The position numbers and the translations under genes were made by a program. Below the pieces are notes generated by a model. That model searched no databases and was not told where the DNA came from. It saw only the letters and a program-made list of their open reading frames with translations. A stretch of 51,728 nucleotides of DNA from Vicugna vicugna (Eukaryota). Within the stretch, counting starts at the first letter, position 1. The number at the start of each line of letters is the position of its first letter. This document shows, in pieces, positions 13,740 to 26,444 of the stretch. The stretch is taken from contig MU057454.1 in assembly GCA_013265495.1 (NCBI GenBank), positions 1-51,728 of the forward strand. Direction: 5' to 3'.

Positions 13740-14270
13740 ACAGCGCTCAGCAGTCTTCTGCACACTCACGGTTGTGCAGCCCTCACCACCATCTATTTCC
13801 AGAACACTTCATCACCCCAAAAGCACACCCCTGTCACTAGCAGTCACTCCCCAACCCCCCTCCACCCAGCACCTTGCAACAATCATCTGTTCTCTGCCTC
13901 TGCATGAGCCTATTCTGGGCATTTCAGATCACTGAAATCAACAATATGTGACCGTTTGTGTCTGGTTCCTTTCACTTAACGTGCTGTTATCAAGGCTTGT
14001 CCATGTTGAAGTGGTATCAGCATGTCTCTTTTTTTTTGGAAAATGTTAAACTTTATTAGAAGGTGGTAAATACTATCAAAAAGAGTAGAGAGGAGTATAA
14101 GGGGTGGGGTTTCAAAGGGAAAAGTCCGGGTTGAGCAGTCAGGGTGGACTTCCCAGAGCAGGTGGCTTTTTTCATATTCCCCTTTATTTATTTTTTCTTT
14201 TTTATTCACTCTTATGTCTGAATAATGTCCACTAAATGGAGATACTACATTTTGTTCATCCATTCAGCAG
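13740..14270 (-). mobile_element. L1M 3'UTR, interrupted by a ~180-bp insertion
   Basis: gttgtgcagccctcaccaccatctatttccagaac...tctggttcctttcacttaac, which resumes at tctgaataatgtccact...cattttgttcatccattca. Confidence 0.8.
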
Positions 14271-14626
14271 CTATATATGGACGAGGTCAGAAGATTGAGT
14301 GTAAGTGGTGGCTAGCAGTGATGGCATTTAAGCAAAGGGCAACATGTGCTTTCAAAAAAAAAAGCGAACAATCAGAGGCACAAGGAAATTCAGCGCGTTT
14401 CTGAGAAAGGACATGGTTGTTTCAGTAGGATTGCCGTGCAGGGCTGTGGGGGAGAGTGACAGGAGACACAGTGACGGAATCACCTGAGAATATTCCCCAC
14501 TGCAAGCAGCTCAGCCAATTCTCCTCCCTCATCTTGTATTTTAGAGCCATTTTTGCTAGCTTTTCTCTTATTTCAAGTAACAATATTTTAGTTACATATC
14601 TGATCATCTGCATCAGACCACATTAC

Positions 14627-14747
14627 CTCCAAGCCACAGAAAATCATTCACTGACCGGAGCAGCTCCAAGACATAACAGTGATGGACCAGGGAGTCCTGC
14701 AGCATCCCAGCCTGCAGGCACAAACCCCACATGTTCCCTGGTGATGT
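14627..14747 (-). pseudogene. TRAPPC9: TRAPPC9-like pseudo-exon (second coding exon)
   Basis: The minus strand encodes [32 protein letters not shown], against TRAPPC9 [32 protein letters not shown]. It ends at a donor G|GTAATG (14626). The acceptor reads ttttactttccGG, so the AG is lost at 14749. About 25 nt of the KKRCQGRMRK segment are deleted. Confidence 0.93.
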
Positions 14748-14884
14748 CCGGAAAGTAAAATGCATGGAAATATCTCTCTGCTGGTGCACCACATCTGCCC
14801 CCAAATTGCCCCATATTCATGCTGGCAAAGCATTACTCAACCCTCGCTCTACCCAAAAAAAAAGAATATAAGAAGAGAGACAGA

Positions 14885-14995
14885 GAGAAAAGAAAAGAAA
14901 AGAAAAGAAAAGAAAAGAAAAGAAAAGAAAAGAAAAGAAAAGAAAAGAAAAGAAAAAGGAAAGACAAGAAAAAGAAAAGAAAAGAATAAAGCTAA
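14885..14995 (+). repeat. (GAAAA)n microsatellite
   Basis: About 14 perfect pentamer units, then degenerate copies. Confidence 0.97.
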
Positions 14996-15552
14996 GAAAA
15001 CAAATTTAGGTTCTTCCATTGAAAACCAGCAATCATCACTGCCAGTATCTGAGCTGGAATGACCCTGACTTCAAAAACCACTGTGCAGTTACTTTTCAAA
15101 CATGACAGACATATATGTATTTCATGTAGATGATATTACAGTAGGATTTTTCTTTTCGAAATTTCCAGTTGCAACATTAGCACAAGAAAGTTTATGTTTC
15201 AGCTTTAAAAAAAAATCAATTATATTTCACTTTCTTAATTTTGAACATATTATTATTTTATAAAGGGAGCTATGCTGCAGATTATAAACCAAATATTTGG
15301 CTTCTGCAAACAAGACCTATATGACTTCACTATTTCAGAGCAAGTTTTAATGATGCTTTCAAAAGTGGGGTATGGGGCGCTCACTAACAGCTCTTTAAAT
15401 ACTGACAAAGATGTGCTATTAAGAAATGCAAAGGCTCTACCTCCACATCAACTCAGAAAACCAAAGAAACTACACGAAAGCCTTAGTTTATCATTTTAAA
15501 ATTTTCCTATTATTTTGAATATTAAAGTTCTTAATAGATAAGATTTTTTTTT

Positions 15553-15571
15553 NNNNNNNNNNNNNNNNNNN
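15553..15571. other. Assembly gap within a poly-T
   Basis: Run of N. Confidence 1.
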
Positions 15572-18500
15572 TTTTTTTTGAACAGCAGTTGTATTAACTT
15601 TCCTCTCACCAAGAAAGCAATCTTTATCAAGAATTAATACCCCTATGGAAATCCAAAAAACTGGACGTTTCTAGCTAAGTGAACATACAGATCTCAACAC
15701 AAGCCTAAATCCTATCAGATCTCACTCGAACGAGCTCAGCAAAGTCCTGGGATACTCTGGAACTTAGCTCTTCTGTTCCATATGTTGGCTGAGCTAGGAT
15801 CATCACACAAGGCAGGGAAGGAGAGAAGAGAAAAGTCCACTGGCGGCCTCCATCTGTTTTTTCCAGCCACAAGGTGCCGCTAGATCGACCACGCTAACAA
15901 GCCCTCCGCATAAGGAAATCCGGTATCCACACTGCCCCTGTCGTCCCCAAGCAGCCCCGATGCCCCTCTCCCACTGGTGGCCTCCGAGCCTGTGAATGGT
16001 CTTCTAATGACCCTCCCAGTTGGTGACACCCTCCCCCTCTTCCCTGCTACACACACACACACACAGCCAAGGCAGCCTTCCCAAAGCACAAATTTGATTA
16101 CATCTCCCCCACTTCAAACCCTTCAGAGGCTCCCTGATCCCACCCCCGACCCTGCTTGCCCAGCCTCACCTCAGTACCCAGGTCCCCAGTGAACTCAGGG
16201 GCCCCATGACCTGGTACTTCCCACTTGCTTCCAGGCTCATTTTGACTGTTTGTCAAGGCAGCTTTCCTTCCCTCCAACCTCCGCACTTTGGGTTAGGTGC
16301 CCTGCTGTGTCCCTAGAAAATTCTAAACTAAGTCAACTTCTGACAATGCTAAGCTCTAAAGAAGCAAGTACATTTTGCTTACTACTGTTGGTCCACCCAC
16401 TCTCTCCTAGACACTCAGAATTGCGTGTGTTTTGAATGAATGAATGAAGGGGTGGGGCTCAAAAGGACAGGCAGAGCTGCTCTCCTGAGGGTCACTTCCT
16501 GATGAAACCCTTCACTGCCCCCTCTGTGTCAGTTCTAGTTAAAACCAAGCTCCTCCAAAGCCCTCCACCCCTAGGCCCTCTCCAGTGTCCTCCCCAGTAG
16601 GGGCACCCACCACCCTGGACCACACAGGGCACTCTCCCCGAGTCCCCACCCCACAAGCCTCCAGGCCTCTACCCGGGCTGCTTCTGCCACCTGAGTCACC
16701 CTCTTGATTCCTTCTCCTGGCTGACTCTTACTCTGTCCTCAGAACTGAATGTAGAGCCAATTTCTTCCAGGAAGTCCTCTCTGATGATGTCCTTTAGCTC
16801 TTGGCTGGGCTCCCTCTACAACAGCACTGCTTGGCGACCAACTGGTATTTGTCCACCTGCTCCTTTGAGACCATGACCTCTTGGAGGCCACGTGGGAAAA
16901 AGGAGTGAGATGACAAGAAGAGTGGAAAGAGAAAAAAACAAAATCACACCCCAAGTCCCAAATTCAAGGATTCTGTCTCAGAAAAAAAGAATAAAATGTT
17001 TCATACGTGTGTCATTTGGCTATGATTTTTGTGGCTCATGGAAAACAAGAGCTTGGTGTTCAAGTCTAAAATCCAAGTTACACGCAAAGAAATGTATATA
17101 TGCATATCCAAAGGAAATCAGAGCTGCTCAACAACAGTTTGCACTTAAAATCCAGAGGAATTTTGATAAAGGCAATCTCCCTCTCTCTTTTTATTTTTTT
17201 ATTTTATTTTATTTTATTTTTTTTTGGGTATCATATAGTTTTAGAAGTATTTGTATAACTAAGTGATGGCTACAGCCTATGATTCTGCACTGCAGTGTTT
17301 GGGACTAAGGAAGCCCAGATTACATGCACTGTGTAAATGCAATCCCACCAAAACACTGCCAGGCGACCTAGTGGCTGAGCGGAAGTTCCAAAGCAGACAA
17401 AATTACATTGGAAGACAGCTCTCGGTAGAAAGTAAGAAATGCAATGTTCTGTACTCAATTTCATTCACTTTATGGGCCATTAACAGATAGTAAATCATGA
17501 CTAATGAAACCCCAAAATATACTGTCATCTTCAATTTTCTCCATCTGACTGTTTTATGCTAACTTTGGATATCAAACCCTCACTCCATATGGAAAGCTCA
17601 GGCTTATGCGGCAGTAGGTTACATCCCGTGGAAGAAAGCGGATCAAGGGAGAACTGGAGTGTTTCCCTTCAGAAGCTGCTAAGTCTGGTTTTGCACCTGT
17701 ACGTCATTTGCAACCACGTCATCGACAAAGGATTAAGACCTTACATCTGTAGGGCGTAAAGCACTGCGGTGCTTCCAAACCATCAAAGAACGCTGAGATT
17801 TGTGAAATGGTCCTGAGGCATATAATCGTACTTTTTCTGAAAGGCTCCGAAACTGACTTACTTCACCATTCCAGGTACAACAGGGAGGTACCGGAATTAG
17901 TAGAGAGAACACGCCTTTGAAGTCTGACAAGGCCCTGCTTGAATCCTGTTACAGCATTTACTAGCCACTAAACGGACCAATTCCTTAACCACTCTGAGAA
18001 GGATTCCCAATCTGCAAAAGGGGGCTGCCACCGCCCACCTGGGAGGCATGGATGTGAATGCAACACGCAAGTAGGGCGGCCGAATGGTACCTGACACGGG
18101 GCCTGGCTAGTTTCCCCCCGCTGCCCTTCTCCCCCTTTAAACTTGCACTGTTCCCCCTGGTAAGGGTCAAGCCCACGGAACAGACTGCCCGATTCTTCTG
18201 TGTATCCCCGGATACATGCCTTACCCTTAGGAGGCCAGAAAAAGAAGTATCTCCTCCCCAGTCACTATCAATGTTCTTAAGAGTCTGGGTTTTTTTAACT
18301 CTATGTTGCAGGAAGATTATTCCAGAATTGTTCAACCATCTTTCTCCAAGATGGCTCCTCTCCCAGTGCCCATCCCTTCTTACCTCAAATCTTCTGTCTG
18401 ATTGCCTTTTGTTCATGGGAAAGAGAGTCCGCTAGGGTGTGGACTCCCTAGGCCTCCCTCCCTTCCTCATAGGAGAGTGTGACTACCTTCTCCCCACTTC

Positions 18501-19535
18501 CTACTCCGACTCCAGCTTCTGAGGATGTTCCCCTCCTGGACTCTGCAGCCTTTGGGTCTTCCCAAGATTCACAAATGTGGCCACAACCCTCCCTTCAGAT
18601 TTCTTCCTGGGTGGCCCTGTCCACCCCACCGCCCCTTAAGGATAAATGCCATTGCTCTGAAAATCACAAACACCGCTGACTGACACACCAAAGCTGCATG
18701 GTCTGGGCTTTCCTCCGAACCAGGCACAGCCCTGTCCCCCCTCAGCCACAGTTTGCACCACTTGAGATGAGCTGATCCACTTGCATGGCTGTGAACACCA
18801 CCTAAGAATGACGACTCCCAACGTGAATCTCTAGTCCAGCTCCTTCACCTCAGCCCCAGGCTCATAGACCTGAATGCCTCTTTGAAGTCCTAACTTGGAT
18901 GACAAATGGCATCTTAAAAATGCCTTATGTCAAAAAAAAAAAAAAAAGCCTTATGTCCACCATTTACTCTAGACTTCGATTCCTGACCGGTACCTCCCAG
19001 GCTCCCCATTTTAGTAACAGCCCCAGCACCAACCTAGGTATTTGAGGTCACATTCAATTTCCCCTGTTCCCTCCACCCTGCCCTGCCCTGGAATCAGTCT
19101 TGTCGTTTCTGTCGCTAAGACCATCTCAAGTCTGGTTCTGCAGGGACCACGGACGGAAACCCACAAGCTCACAGCAAGGTGCACTGAGTCACAGTACTCC
19201 GAAGGGAGCTCCCTGGATGGGGAGGCATCTCCTGCCGCCGGTCACCTCAGAAGGCACTGGATTCTCACAAAGTAGTATCAGGAGAAGGGACTCAAGGTTC
19301 TCCTGTGATCTGAGCTTTGAAGGGCCCGAGGTCTGGGGGAGCTCCTAATTAGCTGACACTCCTGCCAGTGAGCAGATGAGGATGGGGGAATCCAGGCAAG
19401 GCTGTTCTCGTTCCGAACCCTGGTCTCTCGGGAGCCACGGGAAAGGCCTGTTTCCAGGGCACAGCCCGGCCATCACAGATCCCAGCCTGCATTGCCAACC
19501 CAGACAAGCCTGGACTCCTCTTGCAGCTCTTAATT

Positions 19536-20117
19536 NNNNNNNNNNNNNNNNNNNNNNNNNNNNNNNNNNNNNNNNNNNNNNNNNNNNNNNNNNNNNNNNN
19601 NNNNNNNNNNNNNNNNNNNNNNNNNNNNNNNNNNNNNNNNNNNNNNNNNNNNNNNNNNNNNNNNNNNNNNNNNNNNNNNNNNNNNNNNNNNNNNNNNNNN
19701 NNNNNNNNNNNNNNNNNNNNNNNNNNNNNNNNNNNNNNNNNNNNNNNNNNNNNNNNNNNNNNNNNNNNNNNNNNNNNNNNNNNNNNNNNNNNNNNNNNNN
19801 NNNNNNNNNNNNNNNNNNNNNNNNNNNNNNNNNNNNNNNNNNNNNNNNNNNNNNNNNNNNNNNNNNNNNNNNNNNNNNNNNNNNNNNNNNNNNNNNNNNN
19901 NNNNNNNNNNNNNNNNNNNNNNNNNNNNNNNNNNNNNNNNNNNNNNNNNNNNNNNNNNNNNNNNNNNNNNNNNNNNNNNNNNNNNNNNNNNNNNNNNNNN
20001 NNNNNNNNNNNNNNNNNNNNNNNNNNNNNNNNNNNNNNNNNNNNNNNNNNNNNNNNNNNNNNNNNNNNNNNNNNNNNNNNNNNNNNNNNNNNNNNNNNNN
20101 NNNNNNNNNNNNNNNNN
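19536..20117. other. Assembly gap, probably a retroelement because it ends in poly-A
   Basis: Run of N followed by a long A-run. Confidence 1.
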
Positions 20118-22639
20118 AAAAAAAAAAAAAAAAAAAAAACCGGTGACTGCTTCCTCCAACAGCGTCCCCTGCAGCTGCTTAGCACCCAGCCCGCCACTTC
20201 CTCACCAGTGACCGCCGGCCAGGAAACGCCGTCACGCACGTCACACAGCAACAGCCAGGAACCGCGGGCCGAGCACGTTTGTGTAAAAGACAGAATCAAG
20301 CAAGGTGCTGCAGATTTTGATTTTCCAAGTTTAAATACTCCATGAAAAAAATCCCTCAGCAGCCACCTAAATCAATTCGCATCTCACTTCTTCAAAACAA
20401 ATAAGCAAAATTAGTAAGAGCGCATATGTCACCAAATATAAGGAGGAACAAACAGGTTCCTCAAAGGAAGGACTTCAACAGGTATCAAACACCAGTGGGT
20501 GATGGGCTAACAGAGCAAAAATTCCAAAAAACTAGAAAATAAAAAGATGACTAGGATAATATATGGATCAAGGAAACTGTTAAGTTTTTACTTTTTAAAG
20601 CGATGGAGACAGCACCGAGGGCTATCCGGCTATTTCCAATGCAGGGTGTGCACAGCCCACATTTTCAGATGCAACAACATGCTCAAAGGGTGGTATAAGA
20701 GAAAAAGGAAAATAGAAAAAGGAAAAGAGGAACAGCTAAAATTAGAAACAGACGAGAGCAAAAATAACTGACAGCATTTACAAGAATTTACGTGAGTGTG
20801 ATGAGGACAGGGACGCGGGGACGATGAGACCCACTCTCACCTCCTGCTCCAGGGAAGGCAGGGGCCTGAGGGGAGCGGCGTTCCCGGGGGACCCCAACGT
20901 GGTCAGCGCCCGAAACCAAAACTTCACCTAGATGCGTGTAGACAGCTTTTGAGCTACAAAATGTGGTCGCATTTCAAGCTGGACAATTTAATCACTCCCA
21001 CCAAGAGAAACAGAGGAGAATTAGGCTCTGCTCCTGCACCAAAGCATTGTTTTAAAAATTAATGACTGTGGAATAGTAAAAGCAACAATGGAGTAAAAGT
21101 GACTGGAGGAGAACTTGCTTGACCCGAGCTCACTGGCCGCGTTATCTCACTGACGTTCAGATGCTGGCTGAGCCCTTATGGTATCAGAACAGACAGACCC
21201 ACCAGGAGGGAGGTTTAATGTGCTGCTGTATTTTGATGCCGGGAGCCATGCCTGGTACACGAGGTTCTGGGTAAACAATGGTGACAGTGTCAACCACTAT
21301 GGGCTGAGCACACATACAGCTACTCCGCCAAATCCCAAGGACAGATTTCAAAAGGCAAAACAAGCTGGCATTCTCTGGTGGGTCTGCAGACTCAGAACCA
21401 AGCAGTTGCTGAGCAAAAATGTCACCAGTGCCTCCTATGACAAAAGAGGAGGCACTGGCCTGGGGCTGGGGAAGGGCTCCAAGCTTCCACTGCTCACCCA
21501 CCAGTCAGTCCAGGGGGAGAAGGTGGTCCCTTGCTTACGTTGCACCAAAGCACCTAACATGACTGACGCCTGGGGGCTCAGCAGGAGGTGACAGGTGAGG
21601 TGAACGGAGCAAGCCTGGGAGTGGCCCGGTGCTGGCAGCTGTGCCCTCAGCTTTGCACAGGCCACTAAACCTGCCAGCTCATCTACAAGGAGCAGAAGGG
21701 GAGTGCGGGCGTGTAGATCACAGGGCCCTGCGAAGACAAGTACAGATCATGGCCATGACATGCCTCTCCCCTTCCTTAAACCATAGAGGCATGTCCGGGG
21801 AGGAAGTGAAAATTCATCCAGAGCCCGCCAGGCACCACACGCAGGTGGGACACGGATCCCCTTTGCCTGTCACTCACAGGACTGGTGTGGACTTTCTTTT
21901 TATCAATTCTCTGGCATCTTCTCCTCCAACTTACCAACAACCAGAAAGTAGAATCTGACCATAGAATCATAGAGAATCACAGAGCACCGCCTCCACAGTG
22001 GGCCCGGAAGCACATGCCAGGTCCTCCGACCGTCACCTGTGGGACCACCATGAGCGCTCTCCAGACTCAAGGCCCGAGGCCGTAGACCGGGGGCACAGCT
22101 TCCCTCACTCTCCCCAGTAAAGGGGGACCAACTCTCGGCAAAGACATCTCACCCTCTTCTGCCCGAGGGACAGCTCGAAAGATACACAGGGAAACATAAC
22201 AGAGGGTGAGGCTCAAGGCAGCCCAGAAGAGGTCGTCTGCACTTCCAAGGCAGAGTGGGGCCTTTGATCTAATCACAGTGACAAAGTGAGGACGAAGTTT
22301 TCCCTGCTCTGTCCCATTCTCCGTGACACGCATTTCCCTGCGTAAGGAGCTCATTTGGAAGCCCCTGGCAGTGTTTCTGATATCCTAACTTGGCATGGCG
22401 GCTTTCGGGAAGGGAGAGAGAGCCTGAGCCGAACAGGTGGTGGGCCTGGGAGGCAGGAGACACAGGCTCCACCCCCAGCTCAACCAGCACCTCGTTCTGG
22501 TCTCGGGATTCAGAGTCTCATCTATAAGCAAAGGGATGAAACTCTCCCAGGACAGGCTGTCCAACAGGAATGAAATGAGAGCCATGCAAAGAAAGTTTCC
22601 CAATTGCCACATTTTAAAAGTAAGAAAAAAAAAAAAAAC

Positions 22640-22862
22640 CAGAAACTGATTTTAAGAACAGATCTTACTTATTCTACTGTATGTAAAATACTATCATTTT
22701 AACATGTAATCAATATGGAAAGTAACAAGATAGTTTACATTCTTTTTACTAGACAAGTCTCAGCGTCTGATGTGCATTTGACCTACAGCACATCTCAGCT
22801 CAGACCAGCCTCCTCCCCAGCGCTCCTAGCATCAGTGGCTGTAGCTATTCTTTGGACAGCAA
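22640..22862 (+). mobile_element. hAT-Charlie MITE (MER33/MER3-like)
   Basis: tatcattttaacatgtaatcaatat...tacagcacatctcagctcagaccagcc...gtggct...ttggacagc. Confidence 0.8.
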
Positions 22863-23097
22863 CTCCAGGGGTCCCACCAAGTGTCCTGGCTGAAAAGGGG
22901 GAGTAAGTGTCCATACTAACCCTAAAAGGATCTCTCTGAAACAAAGGCGGATTCACTTTAAACGTCTGAAAACCGGCGGGCTGCACCTTCTTCCCGCCTT
23001 TGGTACAAGACAGCCCTCCTCCATGCTGATCCCATTCTGGATGCAGGGAAGCAACCCTTCACACAGCCAGGTTGGCCGGGCCTCCAGGTAGACTTGC

Positions 23098-23670
23098 CTG
23101 CTGTCTGTGTCCAGTCCCACGAAGGCCTCCTTCTCAAACAGAATGTAGAGGAAGGGAGTCTTCTCCCCAGACTTTTCAGGGTCCCCATCCAGCCACTTGG
23201 ACTTGGGCAAGATCAAGAGTGACTCAGTGAAGTCCTCGATCCTCTTCTCCACCACCCTGCAGTCCTTGTAGATTGAAGGCCACGTCGGCGTGCGGCTGCT
23301 CGGCCACCTCCCCATACAGCACAAAGACAAAGAGCTGAGAGTCGTAGAGCGTGGTGCCATACAGCTCGTCTGTGCGTGGAGCTCCTAGAAGGTCTTGGCC
23401 AAGAGGCAGTCGTTAATGGTGACAAGGCCCACGACATTGCGGTGGGTCTGGAAGTCACTCCATCCATTCCCAGGCTCATAGTGATACCTATAGTGGATAC
23501 AGAGTGCCCACTGGGAGCCGCACGGGCTGGTCGGGCTCACCAAGGAGATTCCATTATAGATGCAAAAGAAATCCTCCTCTAAGATGATCCCCACCGGTTG
23601 GACCACAAATGGGAGAGTCTGGTGGTCCTCAGCACACTGCACGTAGTCAGGGACGCTCATGTTGCAGGCC
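23098..23670 (-). pseudogene. TRAPPC9: TRAPPC9-like pseudo-exon corresponding to the ATG-containing first coding exon
   Basis: The minus strand from ATG 23660 reads [32 protein letters not shown]...[25 protein letters not shown]. After a frameshift it reads [31 protein letters not shown], and after a second frameshift [58 protein letters not shown]. This matches the recalled TRAPPC9 N-terminus ([24 protein letters not shown]...VGLDTDSR). The acceptor is ctcccctttaggcag| at 23671 and the donor is AG|GCAAGT at 23097. Lesions: TAG at 23385-23387, in-frame loss of DWPQ, and -1 and -5 deletions. Confidence 0.95.
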
Positions 23671-24100
23671 CTGCCTAAAGGGGAGAGTAGACCGATGTAC
23701 ATACTGTGCTGCAGGCTGCAGGCCTCACTGGGTTGCGGTTACCTGGTGTGTACCAGTCAGAAGGCAGGGGAAGCCCAAGCAAATCGGGGGTAAGTTTGTC
23801 CTCAGAGTCTGCACATGGCTACTGTAGCTCAGATCACATTACCCAGCTTTTGGTCTAGACTTCCATCCCCTTCACAAAAGGGTCATTTCTTGTTTTCTGT
23901 TTCCAAGCACCTAGCTAGGCCCTGATGCAAAGTCATTGCTCAAAACTGCTGAATAAAGGAATGAATAAAGGAACTGCTTCCCCACCTCTCAGCAGGATAT
24001 AATGCAAAGAACCATAGTGGGATCAAAAGATCTGGATTTCAACTCCTATTTATTTGAACACCTAAGCTTCAGAATAATGGATAAGCAAAGCTTGCTTTGT

Positions 24101-24253
24101 GGAGGAGGGTAGAGTTCAGTGGTAGAGCACATGCTTAGCATGTACGAGGTCCTTGGTTCAATCCTCAGTACCTCATTTTAAAAAAAATGAAACAAATAAA
24201 TAAACCTAATTACCCCTCAAAAAATATTTTTTAATTCGAAATTCAAAAAAAAC
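24101..24253 (+). mobile_element. Camelid-type tRNA-derived SINE
   Basis: ggaggagggtagagttcagtggtagagcacatgcttagcatgtacgaggtccttggttcaatcctcagtacctc (A and B boxes), followed by an aaataaataaacctaattacccc tail. Confidence 0.9.
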
Positions 24254-26444
24254 ACCTTGCAATTGACACAACATTGAAAACTTGACTATAGATCAATTTA
24301 AAAAAAAATCCTTGCCTTAGAACAATATATCTGGATTATGGAAGTTTGCAAAAGTAAAATGCCTAGGGTACCATCTGCATAAGAAGAAAGAACTGTACAA
24401 ATTTACTATGCCTCCTTTATGAGCTATATTACCTTTGGGGGGTTTATAGCCTCTCAGATCTAATTTTCTCAGGTTAAAAAAAAGAAGGAAACATTACCTG
24501 ATTCTCAGTACTGCTGAAGAATCAGATAAACCTATGAAAGCATCTGACCCACAGAGTTTACTCAATAAATGCTTGTTGAATGAATGAATAAACAAGGAAA
24601 GTGAATGCTGCTCCCTGCCACAGACCATCATAACGGTACTGCCTGAAAAACCCAAGCCCACGTTTCACCCCACTCTACACTAACCATGTAGGTGACCTGA
24701 GCAGGCCTGTGTGCTTCTCTAAACCCCAGTTTAATCATAAATAGAAATGAGGGCAATAACACAAACCTCAAATTGTTAGTGAGTCATTAATGAATTGTAC
24801 CCCAACTTTGCAAGATGGAACCGTTAATTGGGCAAAGAGTCCGTAAGCCCTCTCCATATTATCTCTTACAACTACATGGGAATCTACATTATTTCTCAAA
24901 ATAAAAAGTCTAATTTATTAAAGTGGCTATTGAGATTAAATGAGCTCACTGTCTCAAATAAGGTACATACAGTACAAATAGGACAATGCCCAGCCCATGA
25001 GATACACTCAGTAAACATTCCCACTGAACCCACTGGTCCCTCCAACTTCAGAGCACAGGGATGGGTCCTCGTGGCCAGAGGCCTCTGCACCTGAAGCTAA
25101 CAAAGCTAATGGTCCCCATTTCCAAGAGTCCCTGCCACCACCGTAGGTCTAATTTTGTACTTGTAATTTTTTTCTTTTTCTAAATAGAAAACTGTAATTG
25201 TGTACCCTTCAGGTAACCAAAATCTGACCTCAGAGATCATGATGGCAGCCCTCCTTGGTGAAACTATAAAATGAAAAGCCATTTCCACATGACCTCTGTG
25301 TAAATCTACTAGGGAATTTCATCCTGGACTGAGAGGAAGAGGACTGGGGACGAGGGGGCAATCTGGGGCACACAGACCCATGGGCCACCTGTCCCACGAT
25401 GGACTTTAGACTGAATCCTCACCCTCCAGGAACTTCACAATAGACACAGACAGAGTACTGTGGACAAGTTTTTTTTTTTTTTTTTATTTAAAGAAATCCC
25501 TCATTCCCTAGCAGGTTTTGTTTCTACTGAGACACAAATGTCTTATGTGTATAATGTTTCACAAAAGCCTTAAAATATTATCACCCCAACTTGATGCATT
25601 AAGAAACTGAGGGAGAGAGGTTTATCACATTGTGTAAGATTAGAGAGAGACCACGACAGACACCATATTTAAATCCAAGCCCCTGTTCCAGTGCTCACTC
25701 AAGAAAGTGTGACATACTGCCCCTTTCCTGCCCTCTCCCTGCAATAAATCTCTGAAGAGTCTTTTCTGTGCCACCTGGAATCACAATCACTTCAATTTTC
25801 CACAAAGAGTTTTGTCACTGCTTGGAGGATGTGTCAAAATCTATATGTTGGATGGGAGGAGACATTTGCATTCTCTGTTTCTCAAAGGAAACATGGCTTT
25901 AAAAGAAACTGAAAAGCACTTATCTAGTCTAAGCCCTCATTATGCAGAGAAAGAAACGGAGGCCCAGAATAGATGAGGAAAGGGCCTTATTGACAAATAT
26001 TGCCTCAGCGCAGCACCAAGCCAACCCTGGGCACTCCTGGGGGAGGATCTGGAAGGCCCAGGAGAATGAGTGTTAGAAAACAGAAAGAGAAGAAGCATAC
26101 AAGGCCCTGTCTCTACATCACCATACCATGAAGTTCCACCAAATTACCCAGTATGGGTGCAGCCAACATTAAGGTGAGCTAAACAGGTTATAGAAAGCTG
26201 GAAGTCTCAACCATAGTGGAAATTCCAACATTTACTGTGCTTTTTTCCCAGTTCAAGCATCAGTTCAGTGGGCACTCTGTACCAGGGACTACACGAGGCC
26301 TGCAGTTCTCTCAAATGCAGATCTCTATTATCACGTGTGCAAACCACACACAGGCCCACCAGAAGAAAAACGCCCACACATAACATGGAATTACTGAAAC
26401 CCAAAGCAGCCAACCAGCATATATTACTAGGAAAACGGTGCTGC

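Noticed and set aside
14760..15062. Lys/Arg/Glu-rich ORF
   Set aside because: It is the translation of the (GAAAA)n microsatellite.
19349..20345. Long ORFs of 209-316 aa
   Set aside because: They are artefacts of translating through the N gap.
23098..23670. TRAPPC9 processed retrocopy
   Set aside because: Homology stops at a splice donor and resumes in separate downstream exons, so the copy is unprocessed.
24101..24175. tRNA gene
   Set aside because: It has A and B boxes but also an A-rich tail, a TSD and several diverged copies in the window, so it is a tRNA-derived SINE.
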